Notes under the pieces: generated by a model
What the model was told of the DNA's origin: nothing
Database searches by the model: none
Seen by the model: the letters and a program-made list of their open reading frames with translations, nothing else
DNA from: Firmicutes bacterium HGW-Firmicutes-10
GTDB taxonomy: Bacteria; Bacillota_I; Bacilli_A; Erysipelotrichales; Erysipelotrichaceae
Reading direction: 5' to 3'
Assembly (NCBI GenBank): GCA_002841605.1
Contig: PHAF01000001.1
Span: 1 to 41,207, forward strand
DNA length: 41,207 nucleotides
In this document: positions 27,037 through 35,897 of the stretch, in pieces
Numbering within the stretch: position 1 is the stretch's first letter
Layout of the letters: each line of letters opens with the position of its first letter
Translations under genes and position numbers: made by a program

Positions 27037-27065
27037 ATTTTAACCAACAATAGGCAAATAGTCAA
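27037..27065 (-). promoter_or_regulatory. Predicted promoter of tRNA-Leu
   Basis: The minus strand reads TTGACT - 17 nt - TAAAAT. The -10 ends about 11 nt before the mature 5' end. Confidence 0.55.
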
Positions 27066-27133
27066 TGTATAAAACGAAAAAATATAAGAATTCTTTATGC
27101 TTCACTACATTTGTGCATCGATGTCAAACATGG

Positions 27134-27161
27134 TGGACAAATCGCAGAATTTTGTTATAAT
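27134..27161 (+). promoter_or_regulatory. Predicted promoter of tRNA-Ser
   Basis: TGGACA - 16 nt - TATAAT with TG at the extended -10 position. The -10 ends 12 nt before the tRNA 5' end. Confidence 0.5.
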
Positions 27162-27173
27162 AGTACTTGCGCT

Positions 27174-27261
27174 GGAGGATTGGCCGAGCGGTTTAAGGCA
27201 CCATCTTGGAAAGGTGGCGAAGTGCAAGCTTCCGTGAGTTCGAATCTCATGTCCTCCGCCA
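27174..27261 (+). tRNA. tRNA-Ser (anticodon GGA), class II, CCA encoded
   Basis: GGAGGATTGGCCGAGCGGTTTAAGGCACCATCTTGGAAAGGTGG...GAGTTCGAATCTCATGTCCTCCGCCA. The anticodon stem is CCATC/GGTGG and the loop is TT-GGA-AA. It has a long variable arm. Confidence 0.9.
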
Positions 27262-27272
27262 GTTGTAAATAC

Positions 27273-27298
27273 GACCCACTGAGTAGTGGGTTTTTTCT
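27273..27298 (+). terminator. Intrinsic terminator after tRNA-Ser
   Basis: ACCCACT-gagt-AGTGGGT followed by T6. Confidence 0.8.
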
Positions 27299-27592
27299 TG
27301 CAGTTGACTCAATAATTTACTGAATATTCATCATTCATCATGAGATTGAAAGTTGATAGGGAAATAGAAAAAATCCTAAACATTGATATTGGTGGAGGAA
27401 GATCATGCTTTCCAGCGTATCATATAATGCATATCCAATGATGAAAATTGTATGAATTTGACAAAGCAATGACAATTCTTGCCAAAATAGCGCTATAATG
27501 ATGACAGATATATTATAAGTGTGAGTACTGGCACCTGTTTACTGTTGGTATGCTATTGGATTTTGGGTATCAATGGATATAAGGAGAACTGT

Positions 27593-29413
27593 ATGCAAAG
27601 GAAGTTTAGACAAAAATTGATATTTACCGCGTTTATCGCAACTTGTTTTGTCGCCTTATCTGTTTTCAGCGTCATATTTTTGCCAAACCGGCTGCACAGT
27701 GAAATAACCATCGAAGCCGGAGATTTTACATCACTGAGTGAAGAGCAATTCATCAAAACCAAAGATCAAGGGGAGTTCACCGAAGATATAAATGATATCG
27801 ATCTTTCTGTGCCGGGCGAGTATATCGTCAGAGTAGAAATCGGATTTATGACCTACCGCTCAACGTTAAAAATCATTGACACTCAAAAACCCATCGTCAC
27901 GCTTCGACAACTCATCTCTCCTTTAGGTAAAGAAATTGATCCGAAAGATTTCGTGCTTACATCCACAGACAACACGGAGTTGCATTATGAATTTATAGAA
28001 GCACCCGATCCCAATACAATCGGCATACAACAGGTCAGTATTCAAATATCCGATTTGGGTAATAATAAAATCATAGAAACATCAACGGTCTTCATCACAC
28101 AGGTCAAAGACAAAGTTACGATTGAAGCCGGAACTCCGGCACCGACGATCGATGATTTTCTTATGGAAGAAAGAACGAATGAGACCTTTATAACTAAAAT
28201 CGATTCATTGAAACTGGTCGTAGGTGTTTATCCGATCGAAATTCAAATCGGCGATCGCATCCTTGTATCCCGATTGGAAGTCATCGATACGATCGCACCA
28301 ACGGCAACGGTTGTTGAACTGAAAGCATTTGTGTCCGACACCATACCGGCATCGAAATTCGTCAAAAACATCGTCGATGCATCCAAGGTTACCGTAAGTT
28401 ATAAAGAGAACATCGATATCACGGCAGAAGAAGGTACTTTTGAACCCGTCATCCTGCTTACGGATGCCGGTAACAATGTGACGGAACTTATCGGAAAAAT
28501 CGTGGTAATCAAAGATACAGAACCACCTGTGTTCAGTGGATCAGGACTAAGAAACAGAACAGTCTACATTGGAGAAAGTTTTAATGTGCGGACACAAGTA
28601 TATGCGGTCGATAATCGCGACGGCAATGTGTCCATATCCGTCAGCGGCAGTGTTGATTTCAGTAAAGTTGGGACTTACCCCATTACATTTACTGCCAAAG
28701 ACAAAGCAGGGAATTCATCTACGGAAAAAATCACGGTTACAGTCATCACCCATCCGCCATTTGTTCCGAAGGGGGATACAGGAAATAGTGAATTAAACGC
28801 GCTTGTTGACAAACTGTTTTCTAAAATGTTGCATGGAGACATGTCGACGTATCAAGTCACCAAGGCAATTTATGACTTTGGTCGAACGATACATTACCAA
28901 GCCGGACCATGGGCTTCAGAATGGACAGAGCGAGCCATTTGGACGATCACCAACCGCGTTGGAAATTGTTATGGACGCATGTATGCCATGGAAGCTATGT
29001 ATGTCCGCGCCGGCATCGCAAATCGCGAGAGAATCAAATACAATGGTGAACATTCCTGGAATCAGGTCGATATTGGCAAAGGCTGGCAAAATATTGATAT
29101 CGGATATCCGGACGTATTTTTAGTTTCAGACAGTTACCTGTTTAACAAAGCCATAAACTCATCCACGATTTTGGACGATAACTGGTTTACCGAAACACCG
29201 GTTTACGGTACTGTCATAGTTCAACATATCGATGACACCTCAGGTACATTGATTACATCCAATGGTACGATCAGTGGAATCGTTGGTGTCAAATACTCAA
29301 CTAACAGTGTCTCGGTAAGTGGATATTCATTTGTTTCAAAAACGAGCAATTTCAGTGGAGTATTCACCGAGGCGACGATTACGGTCGTTTACCGGTACAA
29401 GGAAACCGATTAG
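27593..29413 (+). CDS. Membrane-anchored multidomain surface protein: Ig-like repeats + transglutaminase-like Cys protease core + C-terminal MucBP-like domain
   Basis: Start is ATG 27593 (AAGGAG upstream). The N-terminal TM is LIFTAFIATCFVALSVFSVIFL. Repeated modules end in DTxxP (DTQKP, DTIAP, DTEPP). The Ig-like segment is VYAVDNRDGNVSISVSG...GTYPITFTAKDKAGNSS. The Cys-His-Asp core is GNCYGRMYAMEAMYVRAGIANR...EHSWNQVDIG...WQNIDI. The MucBP-like tail is GTVIVQHIDDTSGTLI...ITVVYRY. Confidence 0.8.
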   Translation: MQRKFRQKLIFTAFIATCFVALSVFSVIFLPNRLHSEITIEAGDFTSLSEEQFIKTKDQGEFTEDINDIDLSVPGEYIVRVEIGFMTYRSTLKIIDTQKPIVTLRQLISPLGKEIDPKDFVLTSTDNTELHYEFIEAPDPNTIGIQQVSIQISDLGNNKIIETSTVFITQVKDKVTIEAGTPAPTIDDFLMEERTNETFITKIDSLKLVVGVYPIEIQIGDRILVSRLEVIDTIAPTATVVELKAFVSDTIPASKFVKNIVDASKVTVSYKENIDITAEEGTFEPVILLTDAGNNVTELIGKIVVIKDTEPPVFSGSGLRNRTVYIGESFNVRTQVYAVDNRDGNVSISVSGSVDFSKVGTYPITFTAKDKAGNSSTEKITVTVITHPPFVPKGDTGNSELNALVDKLFSKMLHGDMSTYQVTKAIYDFGRTIHYQAGPWASEWTERAIWTITNRVGNCYGRMYAMEAMYVRAGIANRERIKYNGEHSWNQVDIGKGWQNIDIGYPDVFLVSDSYLFNKAINSSTILDDNWFTETPVYGTVIVQHIDDTSGTLITSNGTISGIVGVKYSTNSVSVSGYSFVSKTSNFSGVFTEATITVVYRYKETD

Positions 29414-29431
29414 AAAATGAAAGGGAGACAT

Positions 29432-29902
29432 ATGAAAAGAATTCTTATAGCTTTTATGATCATGGTGATGATAGCAGGTTGTACTCAAAATCCTGAACCT
29501 ACACAAAACTATACTTTTCAAATCAAAGGACTTGAAATAACCATGGGAGAAACCGCGATTGATTTCTTGGTCAAAACCGGCAATCCACTCAATCAGTATT
29601 CCGCACCATCATGCGCATTCGACGGGGATGATACGGTATACGATTTCGGCAGTTATCAAATCACGACATACGTAAAAAACGGTAAGGAAATATTTACCGG
29701 AGTCTACTTGCTTGATGATTCCGTTTCGACCAAAGAGGGTGTTAAAATCGGTTCACCGCTTTCAAAAATGCTTAGTACTTATGGGGATGATTATCAAGAG
29801 AATTACGGTGCATACACTTACTCCCTCGGACTTACGGATTTGTCTTTCGTCGTTATCAATGATGTGATCACCTCAATATCTTATTTGCATAAAGTCGATT
29901 AG
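29432..29902 (+). CDS. Lipoprotein of unknown function
   Basis: Signal peptide plus lipobox MKRILIAFMIMVMIAG-C. RBS is AAGGGAG. An alternative ATG is at 29417. Confidence 0.7.
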   Translation: MKRILIAFMIMVMIAGCTQNPEPTQNYTFQIKGLEITMGETAIDFLVKTGNPLNQYSAPSCAFDGDDTVYDFGSYQITTYVKNGKEIFTGVYLLDDSVSTKEGVKIGSPLSKMLSTYGDDYQENYGAYTYSLGLTDLSFVVINDVITSISYLHKVD

Positions 29903-29919
29903 CGTCTTCAGGAGGACTT

Positions 29920-31308
29920 ATGGTATTTAGCTCTCCCGTTTTTATATTCATATTTCTACCGATCGTATATCTGGCCAATCTGATAATACCCAAACGTTTC
30001 AGTAATGGCTTTTTACTGTTTTTTTCGTTGATATTTTATGCATGGGGTGAACCGCTCTATGTTTTTTTAATGATCTTTTCTGCATTTGTTAATTATGTTT
30101 TGACGTTGTGGATAGCTAAAGAGACAAATTGGCGTAAAATCGTTCTGATTGGTTCAATCATATTCAATCTTAGTATCATCGGTGTGTTTAAGTATGCGGA
30201 CTTTCTGATTTTATCGGTCAATAGTCTGTTTAGTACTACACTGCCATTGCTTAATCTGCCACTGCCCATCGGTATTTCATTTTTCACTTTCCAAACGATG
30301 TCCTATGTATTTGATGTGTACAAAAAGGAAACGACAGTGCAAAGAAACTACTTTTCCCTGTTGTTTTACATCACATTCTTTCCACAGCTGATCGCAGGAC
30401 CTATCGTACAGTATCACGACATCGCCAGCCAGATAGAATCGCGCACAGTGACGCTGGATAAGACAAGTGAAGGCCTTCGCCGCTTTGTTATCGGAATGTC
30501 CAAAAAAGTATTGCTTGCCAATGCTATGGCCATCATCGTTGACCGGTTGTATACCTTACCGAACTCACAAATATCGATTACCGTTGCATGGATTGCAGCT
30601 ATCGCATATTTATTTCAAATATACTTCGACTTTTCCGGTTATTCAGATATGGCTATTGGTATGGGAAAAATGTTTGGATTTCATTTCAAAGAAAACTTCA
30701 ATTATCCCTATATTGCTACGTCCATGCAAGACTTTTGGCGTCGCTGGCATATATCTTTATCCTCTTGGTTTCGGCTATATCTCTACATTCCCTTAGGAGG
30801 CAGTCGCAAAGGCAAGAGCCGGGCCATGTTTAACCGCATCATCGTATTCTTCCTCACCGGCCTTTGGCACGGCGCTTCCTGGACCTTTGTTATTTGGGGG
30901 TTATATCACGGAATATTTCTTCTTATGGAACAGACATTTCTGAAAGTTGAGCGCTGGCCGAATTTTGTCAGAAGAGCGTATATGTTACTGGTCGTGTTGA
31001 TCGGATTCGTCATTTTCAGAGCAGAGAATTTCACTCAGGCACTAATATTCATAAAGGCACTGGTAACATTTTCCTTGCCGGGTGCAATGGCTTTGAAGGA
31101 GCTGATGATTTTGATAACGCCGTTGACGGTGGGACTATTTGTGATCAGTGCAATTGCATCGACCCCAATCATGAAAATAGTCAAACAAAAGACTCAATCA
31201 ACTGTGACTTCGACTTTATCCTATGGCTTTACATTTGCTCTTTGGATCGCCTGTCTGCTTAGTCTTGCGGCAAACACGTATAATCCTTTTATATACTTCA
31301 GATTTTAG
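29920..31308 (+). CDS. MBOAT-family membrane O-acyltransferase (AlgI/DltB/PatA-like)
   Basis: Polytopic protein. FWRRWHISLSSWFRLYLYIPLGGSR and the WHGASW region contain the conserved MBOAT His. RBS is AGGAGG. Confidence 0.9.
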   Translation: MVFSSPVFIFIFLPIVYLANLIIPKRFSNGFLLFFSLIFYAWGEPLYVFLMIFSAFVNYVLTLWIAKETNWRKIVLIGSIIFNLSIIGVFKYADFLILSVNSLFSTTLPLLNLPLPIGISFFTFQTMSYVFDVYKKETTVQRNYFSLLFYITFFPQLIAGPIVQYHDIASQIESRTVTLDKTSEGLRRFVIGMSKKVLLANAMAIIVDRLYTLPNSQISITVAWIAAIAYLFQIYFDFSGYSDMAIGMGKMFGFHFKENFNYPYIATSMQDFWRRWHISLSSWFRLYLYIPLGGSRKGKSRAMFNRIIVFFLTGLWHGASWTFVIWGLYHGIFLLMEQTFLKVERWPNFVRRAYMLLVVLIGFVIFRAENFTQALIFIKALVTFSLPGAMALKELMILITPLTVGLFVISAIASTPIMKIVKQKTQSTVTSTLSYGFTFALWIACLLSLAANTYNPFIYFRF

Positions 31309-31316
31309 GAGGCAGG

Positions 31317-32705
31317 ATGAAAAAATATCTCAAACTCACTTTCAGCATTTTGATCATCGGCACATCCCTGATACCGCTTTTGGCAACAGCTTTGGGACTT
31401 AATTCAATCAATTTGGATCGAAGTTCGCTATCCTCAATGCCGGCACTGATCAAAGACAATCGCATCAACACATCATTCACATCCGAGTTTGACGACTTTT
31501 TTACGGACCAGTTTTCCTTAAGGACTTTTTTGATATCCGCATATAACGAAATATATGCCAATATTTTCAAGCAAAGCGGCAATGACAAGGTCATCGTAGG
31601 CCAACAGGGATTTCTGTTTTTTGAGGAAACACTGGATGATTATCTGAAAGTCAATCAGCTAAGTCATAATGATTTGATGCGCTTCAATGAAATTTTGCGC
31701 ATTCAAAGCAAGTTTCTTCAATCAAAAAACATTAGCGGATATTTAATGATCGTACCCAACAAAGCAACGATATATCCTGAGCACATGCCATCCTCATTCA
31801 AAGCCATCGGCGAAAGAAGTAATTTGGATCGCATTAGCGAAATGGACTTGAATATAAACACTATTGATTTGACATCTTTACTGATAAAACAAAAATCTGT
31901 TTATAAGGATGATTTGTATCACCGTCAGGACTCGCACTGGAACAACATCGGAGCAGCTTTTGGGTATTTGGAAATGATGAAATCACTAAACAAAGAGAGT
32001 CTGTCATTGTTAGATCTGGCTATGGAGAAAAAAGTTGATTGGCAAGGCGATTTGGCCAGGATGCTTTATCCATCCAAAATCACCCTTGAGCATCAGGTTT
32101 ACTTTCAACTGCCAAATCAGTTTACCTTCACAAAAGCCATTCGAACCTTTGAGGATATTCAGATTGAATCCATCAACTCTGCCAAAGAAGGACGACTAAT
32201 CATGTTTCGAGACTCATTTGCCAATGCATTGATCCCTTATATTTCCGAATCGTTTGCGCAAGTCAATTACGACCGCACATTTCCATATGATTTCAGGCGC
32301 ATTAAAGAATTGCAATCAGATGCACTTGTCATGGAGATTGCTGAGCGAAATATTAACTGGTATCTGCAGGCAACCCCTATATTGGAAGTAGAAGGAGAAG
32401 AACAAACGATCGTTGCGTCTTCTTTAGTTTCATTGAAAATAACCGTGGAACAACAAAAAAAATCGGGTCTATTCTATTTGAATGCCCGATTTGATGATCA
32501 GAAATCAGCTGAGAAAATCATTGCTGTGAAGCTGATACATGAAGGTGCAACTTACGATGCCTTTCCGATATACCAGGACGATGATTTTGAAGATGATATC
32601 ATAGAATATGGCTTTTCGATATACACCTTAAACGAACTTGATCTCAATTCACTTGAAATCTATGTATTTATGGATAATGCGTGGGTTAAAATAATCAATA
32701 AATAA
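31317..32705 (+). CDS. DHHW / AlgJ-AlgX-like extracytoplasmic O-acetyltransferase partner
   Basis: It has an N-terminal anchor. The motif YHRQDSHWNNIGA is the DxHW signature of AlgX/AlgJ/PatB-type SGNH-like proteins. The start is 8 nt after the MBOAT stop. Confidence 0.75.
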   Translation: MKKYLKLTFSILIIGTSLIPLLATALGLNSINLDRSSLSSMPALIKDNRINTSFTSEFDDFFTDQFSLRTFLISAYNEIYANIFKQSGNDKVIVGQQGFLFFEETLDDYLKVNQLSHNDLMRFNEILRIQSKFLQSKNISGYLMIVPNKATIYPEHMPSSFKAIGERSNLDRISEMDLNINTIDLTSLLIKQKSVYKDDLYHRQDSHWNNIGAAFGYLEMMKSLNKESLSLLDLAMEKKVDWQGDLARMLYPSKITLEHQVYFQLPNQFTFTKAIRTFEDIQIESINSAKEGRLIMFRDSFANALIPYISESFAQVNYDRTFPYDFRRIKELQSDALVMEIAERNINWYLQATPILEVEGEEQTIVASSLVSLKITVEQQKKSGLFYLNARFDDQKSAEKIIAVKLIHEGATYDAFPIYQDDDFEDDIIEYGFSIYTLNELDLNSLEIYVFMDNAWVKIINK

Positions 32706-32707
32706 AG

Positions 32708-33628
32708 CTATTCCGGATTTGTCAATTTGACACTTAAATCATAAACCTGCTTGCCCAAGGATCGATCCAATGCGTGCTTAGCGGGTTTTTCTTCAATGGT
32801 CAAATGAAAGAACTTGTCGCTTACACCTTCCATCTGTGCGTCCGCGACTAAGTAGTAAATCGCTTCCCCGGAAATCTTAGGATCTTTTAACATCGGTTGG
32901 ATAAAAAACTTGGAAAAAGTCCGATACAGCCAGCCGTTGTTACTGCCGATATGTGTCTTGACATCCCCGGGATGCATGGCGTTGATTGTGACTCCAGAGT
33001 CTTTCAGATGATCAGCAATCTCCCACATAGTCAGAAGCTGTGCTGTTTTCGAAGCACCGTAACCCCGCAGTCCGGTATAATGACGTTTTTTCCAGTTTAA
33101 ATCATGGATGTCCAATCCGTTAAAACGATGCCCCTCGGAGTTGATATGAAGAATTCGTGAGGGTGCACTTTGTATCATCCGATCGAGCAGTAACTGTGTA
33201 AAGTGAAAAGAGGCCAAATGATTTACAAAAAATACCGTTTCAAAACCTTCCGGTGTATAAGTGGCTTTGGTTGAATGCAATCCGGCACAGTTGATCAAAA
33301 CATCGATTCTGGGGTAGCGTTCAAGAATTTCTGAGGCCGCACGGCGGATGTGACGCAACTCATTAAAATCCGCGACGACGATGTCTATGTGAGCCGGATG
33401 TTGCGATAACACAGCTTCTCTGACTTTTTTTGCCTTTTCATGATTCCTTGCGACCATAACGACCGTTGCTTCACCTTTTGCAAGTTGTTTGAGAGCTTCA
33501 AGACCGACTCCGGAAGTTGCTCCTGTTAATACGACAACTTTCCCTTTCATCGATGCATCACTCTTTTTTTGTTCAGCCTTCGCATTTCTTAAAAACATTA
33601 GCTCATCAGGCAGTTCGTACATTTTCAT
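32708..33628 (-). CDS. Classical short-chain dehydrogenase/reductase, retinol-dehydrogenase-like subgroup
   Basis: TGATSGVGLEA (TGxxxGxG), NCAG, catalytic YGASK, and AMHPGDVKT. RBS is AAGGAG, 9 nt after the upstream stop. Confidence 0.85.
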   Translation of the reverse strand: MKMYELPDELMFLRNAKAEQKKSDASMKGKVVVLTGATSGVGLEALKQLAKGEATVVMVARNHEKAKKVREAVLSQHPAHIDIVVADFNELRHIRRAASEILERYPRIDVLINCAGLHSTKATYTPEGFETVFFVNHLASFHFTQLLLDRMIQSAPSRILHINSEGHRFNGLDIHDLNWKKRHYTGLRGYGASKTAQLLTMWEIADHLKDSGVTINAMHPGDVKTHIGSNNGWLYRTFSKFFIQPMLKDPKISGEAIYYLVADAQMEGVSDKFFHLTIEEKPAKHALDRSLGKQVYDLSVKLTNPE

Positions 33629-33637
33629 CGTAGCTCC

Positions 33638-34114
33638 TTATCCGAAATACTTAAACATCATCTTACGGTAAAATTTACCAAAGCGGGGAATACCATTAAA
33701 TATGTCTCCCCACAAATCGTAGTAATCCCGTTGCTCGATGATCAATCCCTCATTATTGAGGGTCAACCGCGTACAACCGTATACCGGTGTACTAGGCGTT
33801 TTCTTAAATGACATCGTCATCTTCCATTCCATGGAAATAATATTCTCATTTTTCATCACATTCGACAAATCCATCGACAGTGACTCACATCGTTTTGTCA
33901 AACGGTTGCACATCGCTGTGAAGTCATCGATTCCTTCAATACGCTGGATGGAATCCTGGAAGACGATATTGGGATGATAATAGGGGAATATATGGGACCA
34001 GTCCGGTTTCCCGTTTTTGTTATAGGTTTTCGACCACAAACGAACAACAGACTCAACAGTTAACTCTTCTAGAGGCTCATTCACTTGCTCAATGACCGTA
34101 TCTTGATTACTCAA
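33638..34114 (-). CDS. SnoaL/NTF2-like fold protein (158 aa), TTG start
   Basis: The size and alternating hydrophobic pattern fit the NTF2-like superfamily. It overlaps the upstream stop by 8 nt. The family call is tentative. Confidence 0.6.
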   Translation of the reverse strand: MSNQDTVIEQVNEPLEELTVESVVRLWSKTYNKNGKPDWSHIFPYYHPNIVFQDSIQRIEGIDDFTAMCNRLTKRCESLSMDLSNVMKNENIISMEWKMTMSFKKTPSTPVYGCTRLTLNNEGLIIEQRDYYDLWGDIFNGIPRFGKFYRKMMFKYFG

Positions 34115-35741
34115 TGTCAGATCCGCCTTTCTTCTTTGAATTTGATTTTATCACATTTTTGATGATTGCATCAGCCGCAAGCTTTCCGGTAAGTATTGAC
34201 ACCGGAACGCCGGCAGGATTGAATGTCCATTGGCCGGCCTGCTTAATCGAATCGATCGGCGTAAGTACGGATTTGGCTAAGCGCGTGAACCGGTATTCGG
34301 TTGGGAAGGGGTTATTGGCAAAGGACCAACCGGTCAACGATCCCTGAGTGTTATGTGTTTTTCGGGCGATGGACAGCGGTGTCGATACGATCGTCTTACG
34401 AACATGCTTATTTAAGTCATCGATGGTAGCATTGGATAAATGCTTGATCATCAAAGAAGTGATGTAATGTTTGAAATCATCGTATAGATTCAACTCATCA
34501 AAGTGTTTGACCAACTGGTAATCAAACAGTAAAGAAACGATCAGCCCTGTCTGACCTTCGGGGGAAAGAGCAGGATCACGCAACACGGGGATTGAAACTT
34601 CAAGTGTGTTATATTCAACAAAATCGGATATCCAATCAAATAACCGGTCTTTATCTTCTATGAATTTTCCTTTTTGTTTGATATCTTCCAGTGAGATATC
34701 TGCAAGGCCCTCTATGCGCGGTGTATAAAAACAGTGAGGTCCAAAGATAGCCTCGAAATACTGAGGCGGTAAATCTGTAAGCATGTATACCGTCAAGACG
34801 GAATCAGCACCTGTTTTGTTCTCAAGAAGTTTGATATGCCGATTGATTTTTGATAAAAGCTTTGGTGAAGCAATATTTTTGCGATCAATCATATGATAAA
34901 GCCGGTTGGTATCGGCTGCCCATAACAATTGATCATAAGAATATACTTGCCCTTGGGCTGTAGTGATCTGCTTTCTTTCAACATCGATTCCATTGACCTC
35001 TTGATTTGTCTTGATCTTACCACCGTTGGACAGTATCAGAGATTTCAGTTGATCAACGATCGTTTGCGTCGAACCTTTGGGATAATGATATTGCATATAC
35101 AGCGTGAAATAGGAAAGAGCGAAGAATGTCGGTGTCATTGAAAAGAAGTGTTGCGTAATGATAAATATGAGAGATTCATTGCTGGTGCGGGTTTTCAGAA
35201 AATCATTGATTGGATCAAGCATTTTTGACATTTTGCGAATATTGAAAGCAAATTTGAAAACCCACGGCAACAGCGTATGGGTCAAATAGTCCATCTCGTA
35301 AGGTTTGGGTAGAAACAGCGGATTTTCGATTCCATATAAAACATCCATCGTCTTCATGACATGTTTGATATCTGTCACAATGACATCGATATCCTTAACA
35401 TTATCCGGATACAATTGCTTTAACATAGAACCATATTGCTCGATATCGGATTCTTCCGTCAGTGTGACCGACTGTGAACCGATAGTGATTTTAATGGGAT
35501 TTGAAAGAAACTCAATTTCAATCCCGAGTTGTCGTAACATGGGAAAAACGATGCCCGAATCGATGATACTGCGTGCACCTTTGTCCAGCACATGACCATC
35601 CACGTTAAAAGAACCCAGCAAACCGCCGATTTCCGCCTCTTTTTCCAAAAGCAATACATTGAGATTTTCTTTGCTTAGATATGCGGTAGCCGTTAGCCCG
35701 GCAATACCACTGCCAACTACGATGACATCAACATGGTTCAT
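34107..35741 (-). CDS. FAD-dependent oxidoreductase of the phytoene desaturase (CrtI) / RetSat-like family
   Basis: Start is ATG 35741 (GGAGG 9 nt upstream), not ORF-track 35882. The dinucleotide fold is VDVIVVGSGIAGLTATAYLSKENLNVLLLEKE..GG. The ~544-aa length and the C-terminal GQWTFNPAGVPVSILTG fit the CrtI-like amine-oxidase superfamily. Confidence 0.8.
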   Translation of the reverse strand: MNHVDVIVVGSGIAGLTATAYLSKENLNVLLLEKEAEIGGLLGSFNVDGHVLDKGARSIIDSGIVFPMLRQLGIEIEFLSNPIKITIGSQSVTLTEESDIEQYGSMLKQLYPDNVKDIDVIVTDIKHVMKTMDVLYGIENPLFLPKPYEMDYLTHTLLPWVFKFAFNIRKMSKMLDPINDFLKTRTSNESLIFIITQHFFSMTPTFFALSYFTLYMQYHYPKGSTQTIVDQLKSLILSNGGKIKTNQEVNGIDVERKQITTAQGQVYSYDQLLWAADTNRLYHMIDRKNIASPKLLSKINRHIKLLENKTGADSVLTVYMLTDLPPQYFEAIFGPHCFYTPRIEGLADISLEDIKQKGKFIEDKDRLFDWISDFVEYNTLEVSIPVLRDPALSPEGQTGLIVSLLFDYQLVKHFDELNLYDDFKHYITSLMIKHLSNATIDDLNKHVRKTIVSTPLSIARKTHNTQGSLTGWSFANNPFPTEYRFTRLAKSVLTPIDSIKQAGQWTFNPAGVPVSILTGKLAADAIIKNVIKSNSKKKGGSDIE

Positions 35742-35862
35742 ACTCTTTGACCTCCAAGATGATGTGAGAATATTCATGTTTTTATCATAACACAAAACAT
35801 TATTTACAACATATTGAAAGAAACTTCTGATACGAAAAAACAATGGAATCAATGAATCAAGG

Positions 35863-35889
35863 GTTAAAAAAACCCGTATCAACGGGTTA
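35863..35889 (-). terminator. Intrinsic terminator after the YczE-like gene
   Basis: The minus strand reads AACCCGT-tgat-ACGGGTT followed by T6. Confidence 0.7.
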
Positions 35890-35897
35890 TAATTGAA

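Noticed and set aside
27111-27323. 70-aa ORF on the plus strand
   Set aside because: It is almost entirely occupied by tRNA-Ser(GGA) and its terminator. It has no RBS and is a spurious ORF.
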